Source: an uncultured Algimonas sp. (lineage in GTDB: Bacteria > Pseudomonadota > Alphaproteobacteria > Caulobacterales > Maricaulaceae). Taken from it: a stretch of 64,000 nt of DNA. The notes beneath the pieces were generated by a model that was given only the letters and a program-made list of their open reading frames with translations, ran no database searches and had not been told where the DNA came from. The position numbers and the translations under genes were made by a program. Where the stretch lies: positions 59 through 64,058 of the forward strand of contig CAYPWW010000003.1 in NCBI GenBank assembly GCA_964414555.1. Direction: 5' to 3'. Positions 17,895 to 27,487 of this stretch are shown here, piece by piece (within the stretch, counting starts at the first letter, position 1; every line of letters begins with the position of its first letter).

Positions 17895-18545
17895 ATGAGC
17901 AACGCCATTCGTTGGTTGGTCTTTATGCCAATCGCTCTTCTCGTCACCGTTTTGTTGTTTCTCTTCATGCGCTGGCTGATCTCGGATGAGTTTAAGCCGC
18001 AGGATAAGGTTGAAACGGCAAGTTTTGAGATCAATCCAAAGGTTGAAGACATCAAAGTCATCGAGCGGGAAACCGTCGTTGATAAGGTCAAGAAAGTTAT
18101 CACTCCGCCACCGCCGCCTATGATTGAGCGTGCCAAGGCCGACAAGCCGACAGAGCGGATCGCCTCCCTCGAAGGTGCGATTCCTGAGTTTGAAGCGCCG
18201 ACGATCGACAAGCAAAGCTTTAAGATCCAGGTCTCTGATCGTGATGCTCAGCCACTCGTTCGTATTCCGCCGATCATGCCGCCACGCTTTCTGCAGGGTG
18301 ACAACTCTGGCTATTGCAAAGTGCGCTTTGACGTGTCGCCAGAGGGTCAACCCTTTAACGTGGATGCTTATCTTTGCACGTCGAACCAGCTAAAATCTTC
18401 GACGGTGAAGTCGGTTCAGAAGTGGAAGTATAACCCCAAGATTGTTGACGGACGCTCCGTTTCACGGACAGGCGTGGAATCTACGATCAAGTTCGATCTT
18501 GCGGACGAGCGTGGCCGGAAACTGCCACTGCCGTCTGGCTACTAG
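17895..18545 (+). CDS. tonB: Energy transducer TonB
   Basis: Single N-terminal TM, Pro-rich linker, PLVRIPP...VRFDV...WKYNP C-terminal domain. Confidence 0.9.
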   Translation: MSNAIRWLVFMPIALLVTVLLFLFMRWLISDEFKPQDKVETASFEINPKVEDIKVIERETVVDKVKKVITPPPPPMIERAKADKPTERIASLEGAIPEFEAPTIDKQSFKIQVSDRDAQPLVRIPPIMPPRFLQGDNSGYCKVRFDVSPEGQPFNVDAYLCTSNQLKSSTVKSVQKWKYNPKIVDGRSVSRTGVESTIKFDLADERGRKLPLPSGY

Positions 18546-18554
18546 ATAGCGTTG

Positions 18555-18582
18555 GCCCACCGCGCGCTTTAACGCGCGGGGC
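18555..18582. other. GC-rich stem-loop between tonB and the TPR gene, without a U-tract
   Basis: CCGCGCG-CTTTAA-CGCGCGG with flanking GCCC/GGC. Possibly an mRNA stabiliser or processing site. Confidence 0.5.
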
Positions 18583-18743
18583 AAATGCTGGTCACGGGAC
18601 CGTGGCCAAATAAGGAAAGGCATTGCGACGACGCGCCGCGTTTGGCCGCCTTGTCCTTCCGACCCGCCCCTTGCATTGTTTCGGGGCATAACTCTACCCG
18701 CCTGGGGCACAAACCCTCGGCGATACCATCGACGGAGGTTCTT

Positions 18744-20237
18744 ATGACCCGCACCACGATCACGATCCGCAAAAAGGCCGCACACCTTCTCGGTGCCAGC
18801 TGTCTCGCCGTTGCGGCGCTCTCGCTCAGCGCGGTGGCTCCGTCCAGCGCAGCCTTCGCACAAGAAGAGGGTCGCCAATTCGACGCCAAATCAGGCGAGC
18901 TTGTCAGCCAAGCGCAAACACAAGCGACAGCCGGTGACAACCAAGGCGCGGTCAACACGCTCAATCAAGCGCTCGCCCTGCCAGACCTGAACCCATATGA
19001 GCGTTCAACCATGTATCAGATGCTGGGTCAGTATAGCTATGAGCTGGATCGTCCGGCCGAAGCCCTTCGCGCGTTTGAAAACGCGATCAATGCCGGCGGA
19101 ATGCTCCCGAAAGAAATCGACAGCATTACAGTCGTGATCGCGCAGCTGATGATCGGTAACGGTCAATATGCTGAAGGCGCGCAGCGCATGGAGAACTACC
19201 TCAATTCTGGTGGTCAGCAAAAAGATCAATATATCGACCTGCTCGTCCAAGCGTGGGTGCAGGCCGAACAATATCAGCGCGCGCTGCCTTGGGCCGAAAA
19301 GTGGTTCAACAAAGCCAGCCCGAAAGAGCGTAAGCATTTCGACCTGCTGAACTTTCTCTACAACAACTTGGGTATGCAAGGGCGTCAGGCGGATATCGTC
19401 AAGCAGATGATCAATCGCTGGCCCGAAGATAAAAACCTCTGGGACATCTGGGCGTCCATGCTGGCCAATGGTGGTCGCGAGCAGGAAGCTTTTGAAGTGA
19501 CCAAGATGCTCTATCTGGGTGGCGCATTGAATCAGGAATCTGATCTGATGAAGGTCGTCCAATATTACTCCTTCTACGACATGCCGTATCAGGCCGCTGA
19601 AATCCTCGAGCGTGAGATGAATGCGAACCGCATTTCCCGTACGCCTGAGAAAATGAAGCAGCTGTCCGGTCTCTTCCGTCAAGCGCGTGAGTATAAGCGG
19701 GCCATCCCGGTTCTCGAAGCGGCGGCAAGCCAGTCCGGCGAAGCCAAGCTTTATGCGGATCTCGGCGAAGCGCTCTACAATGAAGGTCAGTGTCAGAAGT
19801 CTGAGCAGGCCTTTAATGAAGCGATCAATCGCGGGTATGATGCCGGTAAATCTTGGATGCTGATTGCGAACTGTCGTTATGAAGAAACGCAAAAGCTCGA
19901 CCGCCTGAATTGTAAGATGACGGATGCGCAAATGGATGAAGCGCCGATTACAAAGGCGCGCCTGAACGCGCTGGCGGCTTTCGACCGCGTGCCAGCCAGC
20001 TCTCGCGAGCGTGGAAATGCGCAAAAGTGGAAGAAGTTCATCTCTGCCGAACGCGAAGCTGTCCAGCGTCGTTGTGAGTTCGAACGTTCTGTTGAACGTG
20101 AGCTTTGCTATCAGAACATCAAGCTGGCCTATGACGCGGAAGTCTTTGTTGGCGGGTTTGAACTCGACGACGCCGCGAAATGTATGCAGTACAAGGCGGA
20201 TTACGACGCCGAATATCGTGTTGTAACGACGGAATAG
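18744..20237 (+). CDS. Secreted tetratricopeptide repeat protein of the TonB operon
   Basis: Start ATG 18744 follows a GGAGG RBS. Signal peptide ending AFA, many TPR-like helices, Cys-rich C-terminus. Confidence 0.85.
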   Translation: MTRTTITIRKKAAHLLGASCLAVAALSLSAVAPSSAAFAQEEGRQFDAKSGELVSQAQTQATAGDNQGAVNTLNQALALPDLNPYERSTMYQMLGQYSYELDRPAEALRAFENAINAGGMLPKEIDSITVVIAQLMIGNGQYAEGAQRMENYLNSGGQQKDQYIDLLVQAWVQAEQYQRALPWAEKWFNKASPKERKHFDLLNFLYNNLGMQGRQADIVKQMINRWPEDKNLWDIWASMLANGGREQEAFEVTKMLYLGGALNQESDLMKVVQYYSFYDMPYQAAEILEREMNANRISRTPEKMKQLSGLFRQAREYKRAIPVLEAAASQSGEAKLYADLGEALYNEGQCQKSEQAFNEAINRGYDAGKSWMLIANCRYEETQKLDRLNCKMTDAQMDEAPITKARLNALAAFDRVPASSRERGNAQKWKKFISAEREAVQRRCEFERSVERELCYQNIKLAYDAEVFVGGFELDDAAKCMQYKADYDAEYRVVTTE

Positions 20238-20257
20238 TCACGCCTCATATCACTTTC

Positions 20258-20287
20258 AAAACCCGGCCCTTGTGGTCGGGTTTTTTA
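20258..20287. terminator. Intrinsic terminator ending the TonB operon
   Basis: AAAA-CCCGGCC-loop-GGTCGGG-TTTTTT. Confidence 0.85.
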
Positions 20288-20326
20288 TTGCGCGAGATTC
20301 GCGTGAGGCCTGTCCTCCAAAACCGC

Positions 20327-20355
20327 TTGCCATTTTCTTTGTTATAATATAACGT
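20327..20355 (+). promoter_or_regulatory. Putative sigma70 promoter of the second tonB with an overlapping palindromic operator
   Basis: TTGCCA-N17-TAACGT; perfect inverted repeat GTTATA-A-TATAAC at 20341-20353. Confidence 0.45.
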
Positions 20356-20378
20356 TACATCATAACAGGGAGGAAGAT

Positions 20379-21119
20379 ATGCCAAACGAGCAAAACAACA
20401 CACATCTACTGGGTGAGGGGACGCGAGATATCGAAGCGCTTGGTCAGAGCGAAATAGATCGCAGTCGGGCCAAACATTTGGGTCTTGTCCTTCCGATGGC
20501 GGCTGTCGTGACAACGGGCCTAATGCTCGGCATGTCGGCTTTGATCGCGGTCGAGTTTGTTCCTCAAGCGGAAGCGGAAACGCGCGTCTTCGACATCAAT
20601 CCCGTCGAGTCCATTATCGAACCCACACTAACGGTGGAGCCGCCACAGGCGCTGCAAGCTGTTGAGGTCCCGCCACCGCCGCCGCGCATACAAGACGCCG
20701 TGACGAAAAAGGTTGAAGTCGCGCCCCGCACCTTGCCAGGCAAGGTCAAACCCATGGACGGATTCAAAATCGACCTTGGCGACGGCCCGGGTCCGCTCAT
20801 CATCAGTGATGTGGATGCCAAACCGCTCGTCAGGGTGCCGCCGGCCATGCCGCCGCGTTTCGCGCAAGGCGACCATTCTGGCTATTGCAAAGTCCGGTTT
20901 GATGTTTCTGCGGAAGGCCAACCGTTCAACATCGACGCCTATGCTTGCACATCGGGACAGCTGAAATCCGCGACGGTCAAATCTGTGCAGCGGTGGAAAT
21001 ATAAGCCGAAAATGTTGAGCGGTCAGGCAACGTCTCGCAGCGGAGTCCAAGCGACAATCCGCTTTGACCTGACAGACGAAAGGGGACAGCCTCTGCCCCT
21101 GCCATCTGGTTCCGGTTAA
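20379..21119 (+). CDS. tonB: Second TonB, paralogue of 17895-18545
   Basis: TM helix, Pro-rich linker. The C-terminal domain matches the first TonB at 75 of 102 positions by manual alignment. Confidence 0.88.
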   Translation: MPNEQNNTHLLGEGTRDIEALGQSEIDRSRAKHLGLVLPMAAVVTTGLMLGMSALIAVEFVPQAEAETRVFDINPVESIIEPTLTVEPPQALQAVEVPPPPPRIQDAVTKKVEVAPRTLPGKVKPMDGFKIDLGDGPGPLIISDVDAKPLVRVPPAMPPRFAQGDHSGYCKVRFDVSAEGQPFNIDAYACTSGQLKSATVKSVQRWKYKPKMLSGQATSRSGVQATIRFDLTDERGQPLPLPSGSG

Positions 21120-23203
21120 TCGGCGAGCCCGACGCAATCCAATGCGAAGGCATATTCCAGCGCGGTTTCCTTTAGGCTGTCATAGCGACCGCTTTCGCCT
21201 TGATGTCCGGCATCCATGTTGATTTTCAGCAGGATGTCGGCGTCAGCCGTTTGGTGCTCGCGGAGTTTTGCCGCCCATTTTGCCGGCTCCCAATAGGTCA
21301 CGCGCGGGTCGGTCAGTCCGCCTGTGATCAGGGCGGGTGGATAGGCGCGGGTCGTCACATTGTCATAGGGGCTATAGGCGCGCAGGCGCTGGAAAGCCGC
21401 CTCATCCTCAATCGGATTTCCCCATTCCGGCCATTCCGGCGGGGTGAGGGGGAGCTCCGTATCGCTCATCGTGTTGAGCACATCGACAAAAGGCACTGCG
21501 GCGATGATCCCTGCGAAAAGCTCTGGAGCTTGGTTGAGCGCCGCTCCGACGAGGAGACCACCCGCCGATCCGCCATGCGCGACAAGGCGGCCTTCAGATG
21601 TCCAGCCCAGCGCGGCAAGGCCCCGCCCGACATCGACATAATCATTGAAGGTGTTCGTCTTCTTCTCCAGCTTGCCGTCCAGATACCATTGGTATCCCTT
21701 GGATTGACCGCCGCGAATATGGGCTATCGCATAGATCATGCCGCGATCGACGAGGGAGAGAATATTCGTCCGAAACGCCGCCGGAATCGTGATGCCGTAG
21801 GAGCCATAGCCATAGAGCAACAACGGGGCTGAACCGTTGGTTTTAACGTCTTTCCGCGCGAGGATCGTGACGGGAATATCTTCTCCGTCGCGGGATTGAA
21901 TACTGATCCGTTCAACACAGTAGTTTTCCGGGTCATGCCCGCTGGGGACGACTTGCACCCGAACCGTTTCGCGGGTGCGCGTTGCCATATTATAACGGTA
22001 AACTGTGCCGGGACGAGACGGCGAAGCATAGCTGAAATAGAGGGTATCCGTCGCATATTCATAGCCGGATTTAATGCCCAAACCATAGGCGGCCTCTGGC
22101 ATGTCGATGGCGTGTTCTTCGCCGCTATCCATATGGCGGATGACGATGCGGGGCAGGGCGTCTTGGCGTTCCAAGCGGACGAGCCAGTCTTTGAAGGTCT
22201 CCATGCCGAGGACCAGCGTGCCGGGGTTGTGTGGGATGAAGGGCTGCCACTGATCGGCCGATTGCCCGCTTTCGCCTGTCATCACGGCGAAGTCGACAGC
22301 GCCATGCGCATTCGTCAGGATATAGGTCTGTCCGCCTTGGTCGTGCAGGCTGTACTCCAGCCCGGCCATGCGCGGGGCAAAACATGCCGGTGGAACGGTC
22401 GGGTCATGGCTGGGGATGCGGTGGATTTCGCTCGTCGTGTGATTATGGGCGCTGATTTCGATGAAGCGATCATCGTCTGAACTGCCAACACTGACGAAAA
22501 AGCCGGGATCAGATTCTTCATAGGCCGTGTGGATCTTGCTGCGTGCGTCGAAAACATCTTTGAAACGCACCGCATGGGGGCGCTGATTTTCGTCGCGTTC
22601 GACCCAGAAAAGCGTCCGCTTGTCTGCCGCCCAGACGAGGGCGCCAGCGGAGCGGTCAATGCCTGTCTCATGCGTTTCGCCCGTCGCCAGATCGCGCAAG
22701 AAGACGCGGTAATTCTCAGAACCTTTGTCATCGATGGAATAGGCCAGCCATTTGTGGTCAGGGCTATGCGCGACATCGCCAATGTCGAAAAAGCTAGTGC
22801 CTTTTGCCAAGGCATCGCAGTCGAGAATGATCTCATCTTGTGGGGCGTCTTCGGCGGTGGCTTGCCGCGCATAGACGCCGTGTTGGTCACCTTCGCGGTA
22901 GAAATGGAAATAGGCGTAGGCCCCATCTGGCATGGGAACGCCCCGCGCAGTGGGTTCCAGGCGGCCCTTCATCTCTGCGAAGATGGCGGTTTTCAGCCTA
23001 TCCAGCGGCGCGAGAGCTGATTGTGTGTAGGCGTTCTCTCTCTCCAAATGGCTTCGGATATCGGGGTTCAAAACGGACGGGTCACGCATAACGGCTTGCC
23101 AATTATCGTCGCGCATCCACGCGTAATCATCCGTCCAGTCCACACCAAAGCGTGTTTGGGTGAGAGGCCGCTTTTCAGCAATCGGGGCGAGGGGTTTCGT
23201 CAT
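21116..23203 (-). CDS. ptrB: Oligopeptidase B (S9A family)
   Basis: DDYAWMRD, LLYGYGSYG, HIRGG, GGSAGG, EWPEWGNP, DPRV.YWEPAKW, AGHQG. The start may be 23203, 23224 or 23272. Confidence 0.95.
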   Translation of the reverse strand: MTKPLAPIAEKRPLTQTRFGVDWTDDYAWMRDDNWQAVMRDPSVLNPDIRSHLERENAYTQSALAPLDRLKTAIFAEMKGRLEPTARGVPMPDGAYAYFHFYREGDQHGVYARQATAEDAPQDEIILDCDALAKGTSFFDIGDVAHSPDHKWLAYSIDDKGSENYRVFLRDLATGETHETGIDRSAGALVWAADKRTLFWVERDENQRPHAVRFKDVFDARSKIHTAYEESDPGFFVSVGSSDDDRFIEISAHNHTTSEIHRIPSHDPTVPPACFAPRMAGLEYSLHDQGGQTYILTNAHGAVDFAVMTGESGQSADQWQPFIPHNPGTLVLGMETFKDWLVRLERQDALPRIVIRHMDSGEEHAIDMPEAAYGLGIKSGYEYATDTLYFSYASPSRPGTVYRYNMATRTRETVRVQVVPSGHDPENYCVERISIQSRDGEDIPVTILARKDVKTNGSAPLLLYGYGSYGITIPAAFRTNILSLVDRGMIYAIAHIRGGQSKGYQWYLDGKLEKKTNTFNDYVDVGRGLAALGWTSEGRLVAHGGSAGGLLVGAALNQAPELFAGIIAAVPFVDVLNTMSDTELPLTPPEWPEWGNPIEDEAAFQRLRAYSPYDNVTTRAYPPALITGGLTDPRVTYWEPAKWAAKLREHQTADADILLKINMDAGHQGESGRYDSLKETALEYAFALDCVGLAD

Positions 23204-23330
23204 AGCGTCAGAGTCTTTCATCGCAGTGTGATAGTGCAGATAAGGCGCGTCTGGCTTCGCGAAAAGGGGCAACGTCCTATTAACGCTATGGCTTTAGGTT
23301 TGCGAAACATTCTTCACCCGTGGAAACCTT

Positions 23331-24578
23331 ATGGCCGGCCTTGCGATCCAACAAAAAAGTGACCTGCCCGAAGCACCGGTCACCTTAAAGACCCCGATGG
23401 ACCCGTCCGTCGAGCAGGCGACACGGCGCCATCTGGCCAAACGCCTCGCCGATGTGATCTGTATCCCTGCCAGTCAGTTGACCCCCCAAGAGCGCCATAT
23501 GGCGGGCGATGTGTTGGTCGAGCTGTTGCGTAGTGCCGATGCCGATATTCGCGAATCTGTCGCGAAACGTCTGGTGATGCTAAATGAAGCTCCACGCACA
23601 ATCCTCGTCATTCTGGCCAAAGACGATATTGCGATCGCGCGGCATGTCCTCGAAAAAAGCAAATCCCTCACCGACTCAGATCTGATCCAAATTTCGCGGA
23701 AAGTGTCGAACGAACATCGTATGATGATCTCTAAGCGGCGGAAGGTTTCAGATGCCGTCGTCGATGCCGTTGCGGAATTTTTGGAAGAAGACGTCGTCGC
23801 GTCGCTTCTGAAAAACAAAGGTGCGAATTTCAGCGAGACGGCGCTGCAACGGATATTGACGGTTTCGCGCTCGCATCAGAAATATGTCGAGTTGCTTGTC
23901 AAACGCGAAGAGTTGCGCCCCTCACACGGGCTGACGATGTTCTGGTGGGCGAACACCGCTAACCGTAAGAAAATTCTTCATCGCTTTGCCGTGACACGCG
24001 CTGTCTTGCAGGACAGCTGCCAAGACCTGTTTCCACGCGCTGCGGCAGAAGGTTGGTCGGATGCTGGCGTCCGGAAGGCGTTGCAATTCATTGAACGCCG
24101 CCAACGTAACCGCGCCGCCATTGAGCGCTCCGAATTTGAAGGTCTAGAAGCCGCCATCGAAACAGCGGAAGTTCAAGGCCTGTCGCGTAAACTAACCGAA
24201 GAGATTTCCTATATGTCCGGCGTAAAGCCTGCGACAGGTGCACAAATCCTAACGGATAAGGGCGGGGAGGCGATTGCTATCCTGACGAAAGCGCCGGGTT
24301 TGAAACGCGAATATATTGAGAAATATTGGCGCGCGCTGAAACGGCCCGTCCATGATGTTGACGGCAACATCCATCCCGATCTTGCACGGGTCTATGAGAC
24401 TTATGACGTAATTTCGACAGACAAGGCGCAAACAGTTTTACGCTATTGGAACTGGTCGCTGACGGCGTCCCTGAACGCTGATGTGCTCCGCTATATCAAA
24501 AACGGTGTGATCCCGCGTGAAGAAGAATTTGGCGCAGCGGCGATTACGGCAGCACTGGTGTTCTCTCATCGGGGCTAG
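23331..24578 (+). CDS. DUF2336 domain protein
   Basis: Helical repeats typical of the family (RESVAKRL, IARHVLEKSKSLTDSDL, HRMMISKRRKVS). Confidence 0.85.
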   Translation: MAGLAIQQKSDLPEAPVTLKTPMDPSVEQATRRHLAKRLADVICIPASQLTPQERHMAGDVLVELLRSADADIRESVAKRLVMLNEAPRTILVILAKDDIAIARHVLEKSKSLTDSDLIQISRKVSNEHRMMISKRRKVSDAVVDAVAEFLEEDVVASLLKNKGANFSETALQRILTVSRSHQKYVELLVKREELRPSHGLTMFWWANTANRKKILHRFAVTRAVLQDSCQDLFPRAAAEGWSDAGVRKALQFIERRQRNRAAIERSEFEGLEAAIETAEVQGLSRKLTEEISYMSGVKPATGAQILTDKGGEAIAILTKAPGLKREYIEKYWRALKRPVHDVDGNIHPDLARVYETYDVISTDKAQTVLRYWNWSLTASLNADVLRYIKNGVIPREEEFGAAAITAALVFSHRG

Positions 24579-24677
24579 TCCTGCTGAAACCTGTGTAAAA
24601 CCAGAACCCTGATAAAGGATTGGCGCTTTAACCCGCTCGATTCGCCCGTTAAACCTCTGCCAAAGAGGGAGCGGGTT

Positions 24678-25172
24678 CTGCTGCGATTTACACTCATATT
24701 GGTCTTAGCCTTGGCTGTAACGTGGTTGACGCTTTCCGGCTATTTCAAACCTATGTTGTTGGGCTTGGGCGTGATCTCGATTGGGCTGGTCGTCTGGATG
24801 GCGGGGCGTATGCGTATCCTTGATGGGGAAACCGCACCTTACATCACGGTCCCGCAGACACTGTCCTATTTCACATGGTTGTTCTCAGAGATCGTCAAAG
24901 CCAATATTGCCGTTGTTCGGGCCGTTATGTCACCCAATCTGGAAGTGTCACCAACACTCGTGAAAATTCCGACACCGCAAAAAACGGATATCGGCCGCGT
25001 GATGTTTGCCAATTCGATCACACTCACGCCGGGCACGGTCAGCGTCGAAATGAATGATGACCATATTCTCGTTCATGCTTTGCTTTCAGAAATGGCGTCG
25101 CCGGAAGATTTTGTAGACATGAGCGAGCGCTCTGCTTGGGCGATTGGTGAGACCTTGGAGGTGTCGTCATGA
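24678..25172 (+). CDS. mrpE: Na+/H+ antiporter subunit E
   Basis: WLTLSG, IVKANIAV, ANSITLTPGT, ILVHAL. The probable start is CTG 24678 after GAGGGAG; the track uses TTG 24699. Confidence 0.9.
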   Translation: MLRFTLILVLALAVTWLTLSGYFKPMLLGLGVISIGLVVWMAGRMRILDGETAPYITVPQTLSYFTWLFSEIVKANIAVVRAVMSPNLEVSPTLVKIPTPQKTDIGRVMFANSITLTPGTVSVEMNDDHILVHALLSEMASPEDFVDMSERSAWAIGETLEVSS

Positions 25173-25489
25173 CGCCTTTCATGGGATATTTCATGTTGGG
25201 CTCTGCCTTTCTCCTCATCGTCTCGATGCTCTTGATGCTGGGCCGGTTGATCGGCGGGCCAACGCTCTATGACCGCCTGTTGGCTGTGAATAGTTTCGGG
25301 ACAAAGACTGTCCTGTATCTCTGCGTATTTTGTTTCATCATTGACCGTCCAGACGGCGTAGACATTGCCCTGCTCTATGCCTTGATGAATTTCATCGCGA
25401 CAATCGCAGTTCTAAAGTTCTTCAATTACAGGGCTTTGAATGTTGGTTTGATGGGGCAAAGCCAATCGGACCGGGGAGGTGAGGCATGA
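25169..25489 (+). CDS. mrpF: Na+/H+ antiporter subunit F
   Basis: GPTLYDRLLA, DIALLYALMNFIATIA. Confidence 0.9.
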   Translation: MTPFMGYFMLGSAFLLIVSMLLMLGRLIGGPTLYDRLLAVNSFGTKTVLYLCVFCFIIDRPDGVDIALLYALMNFIATIAVLKFFNYRALNVGLMGQSQSDRGGEA

Positions 25490-25881
25490 TGCTCATTCTC
25501 GCCGCTGCCGCCGATACCGCACATGCGGGCGCGCACATCGACTGGATCGCATTTTTCCGCTTGATCGGAACGCTCGTCTCGATGGCGACGGGCATGTTCT
25601 TCGTCATGGCGGGCACGATCGGTGTGTTGCGCTTGCCAGATTTCTACACGCGTCTCCATGCGGCGGGGATGACAGATACGCTGGGCGCAGAACTGATTTT
25701 GCTCGCGCTGATTTTCCAAAGCGATAGCTTGCAGATGGTCTTGAAGCTGTTGCTCGTCGCGTTCTTCCTGCTTGTAGCCAGCCCAACGGCGACCCATGCC
25801 GTTGCGCACGCCGCCTATAAGGCAGGGTTGAAGCCCATGCTCGGCAAATACCGTGCGCCGGATGTGGAGGACACGCCGTGA
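25486..25881 (+). CDS. mrpG: Na+/H+ antiporter subunit G
   Basis: GVLRLPDFYTRLHAAG, SPTATHAVA. Confidence 0.92.
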   Translation: MMLILAAAADTAHAGAHIDWIAFFRLIGTLVSMATGMFFVMAGTIGVLRLPDFYTRLHAAGMTDTLGAELILLALIFQSDSLQMVLKLLLVAFFLLVASPTATHAVAHAAYKAGLKPMLGKYRAPDVEDTP

Positions 25882-26552
25882 TTTTTGCCGCCGCTGAACC
25901 GTCTTTCGCCGTGCCCGTCCTGCTCTTGGATGTCAGCTTGATGGCGATCCTTGTGATCGTGGCGTTTGCTATCGTACGAATGCGCTCGCTCTTTGGGATC
26001 GTCATGTTGCAGGGCGTTTACTCGCTGGTCTGCGCGGCGTGGTTTGTGTCGCTGGATGCCGTCGATGTGGCCTTTACAGAAGCCGCCGTGGGGGCAGGCG
26101 TCTCAACCGTTTTGATGCTCTCGGCCATGTTGCTGGCGGATCGGAAGTCCACGCCTGTGCCCATGCGTCGCCAGCTTGGCGCGCTGGCCGTCGTCGTCGT
26201 GGCAGGGGTCGCGATGCTCTATGCCGTCGGGGATATGCCGGCCTTTGGTGACGTAAATTCCGCCGCCAACAGCTATGTCGGTATGGATTTTATCGCCAAG
26301 ACAGCCACTGAAGTCGAAGTTCCGAATGTCGTCACCGCCGTGTTGGCCAGCTATCGCGGCTACGATACATTTGGAGAGGTCGTCGTGATCTTCTCTGCGG
26401 GTCTGGGTGTCGTTTTGCTCTTGGGATTGAACGGAAATGCGGGTCGCTGGATCGCGCGACCGAACGGCATTTATATCAAAGACCGCACAGCCCCTTCTGC
26501 CGCATTGGCCGAGGATATGCGCGAACCAAAACCAGCAGAGGAAGACGCATAA
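25878..26552 (+). CDS. DUF4040 / MrpA C-terminal-like antiporter subunit (MrpB-related)
   Basis: DVAFTEAAVGAG, PNVVTAVLASYRGYDTFGE. Confidence 0.85.
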   Translation: MIFAAAEPSFAVPVLLLDVSLMAILVIVAFAIVRMRSLFGIVMLQGVYSLVCAAWFVSLDAVDVAFTEAAVGAGVSTVLMLSAMLLADRKSTPVPMRRQLGALAVVVVAGVAMLYAVGDMPAFGDVNSAANSYVGMDFIAKTATEVEVPNVVTAVLASYRGYDTFGEVVVIFSAGLGVVLLLGLNGNAGRWIARPNGIYIKDRTAPSAALAEDMREPKPAEEDA

Positions 26553-27013
26553 TGCGCGACTCTTCCTACACGCCCCGTGACCCGCATGTCCTTTTGCGCG
26601 TCATTTCGAAATTCCTGATTCCACTGATCGCGCTCTTCGGGTTTTATGTCCAATTCCATGGGGATTACGGTCCCGGTGGCGGCTTTCAGGCAGGTGTGAT
26701 CCTCGCGGCCTCCGTCATTCTCTACGCGCTGATTTTTAGCCTCGATGAAGCCAAGCGCGCTTTCCCGCCATGGCTCATCCGTGTCGGCATGAGCCTCGGC
26801 GTTTTGCTCTATGGCGGAACGGGCGTTGTGACGTTTCTGCTGGGCGCAGAGTTTCTAAATTATAACGTGCTTTGGTCCGATCCGATCAGCGGCCAGCACT
26901 ACGGCATTCTCGCGGTCGAACTGGGCGTGCTCTGCTCCGTGACCAGCGTGATGATCGCGATTTTCTATGCCTTTGGCTCGCGTCAGCCCGAAACCTCGGA
27001 TGAGGATTGGTAG
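26552..27013 (+). CDS. mrpB: Na+/H+ antiporter subunit B
   Basis: HGDYGPGGGFQAG, VELGV. Confidence 0.9.
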   Translation: MRDSSYTPRDPHVLLRVISKFLIPLIALFGFYVQFHGDYGPGGGFQAGVILAASVILYALIFSLDEAKRAFPPWLIRVGMSLGVLLYGGTGVVTFLLGAEFLNYNVLWSDPISGQHYGILAVELGVLCSVTSVMIAIFYAFGSRQPETSDEDW

Positions 27014-27487
27014 ATGTCCGAGCTCTTCTCCCAATATAATTATATCGTCGTCATCGTGTTGATGATGACGGGGCTTTATGTGGTTTTCGCCTCGCGGAAC
27101 CTCATCAAAAAGCTCGCAGGATTGAGCGTGTTCCAAACCTCTGTTTTCTTACTCTACATCACCGTGGCTAAAGTCTCTGGAGGTCAGCCGCCGATCCTGT
27201 TGAAGGATAAATATGGCAAAGACGGTGATGGTCACGCTTTGCTGGATGGCCCGATTGAGGTCGCAGCGGGCGGTGCATCCTATATCCTCCCCGGACCGGG
27301 AACGGATGTGCTTTACTCCAACCCGCTGCCGCATGTTTTGATCCTCACGGCGATTGTCGTGGGCGTCGCGACGTTGGCGATTGGCCTCGCGCTGACTGTC
27401 CGTATCCGCGAAGTTTATCACACGATCGAGGAGGACGAGATCGAAGCGGCGGACTTTGTCTATAATCTGGAAGGCACGGCGGACTGA
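27014..27487 (+). CDS. mrpC: Na+/H+ antiporter subunit C
   Basis: NLIKKLAGL, NPLPHVLILTAIVVG. Confidence 0.92.
   Translation: MSELFSQYNYIVVIVLMMTGLYVVFASRNLIKKLAGLSVFQTSVFLLYITVAKVSGGQPPILLKDKYGKDGDGHALLDGPIEVAAGGASYILPGPGTDVLYSNPLPHVLILTAIVVGVATLAIGLALTVRIREVYHTIEEDEIEAADFVYNLEGTAD

Noticed and set aside
14143-20024. Long antisense ORFs (14143-15234, 15331-16299, 17403-18350, 19005-20024)
   Set aside because: They mirror strongly codon-biased sense genes and have no RBS or recognisable motifs; treated as shadow frames.
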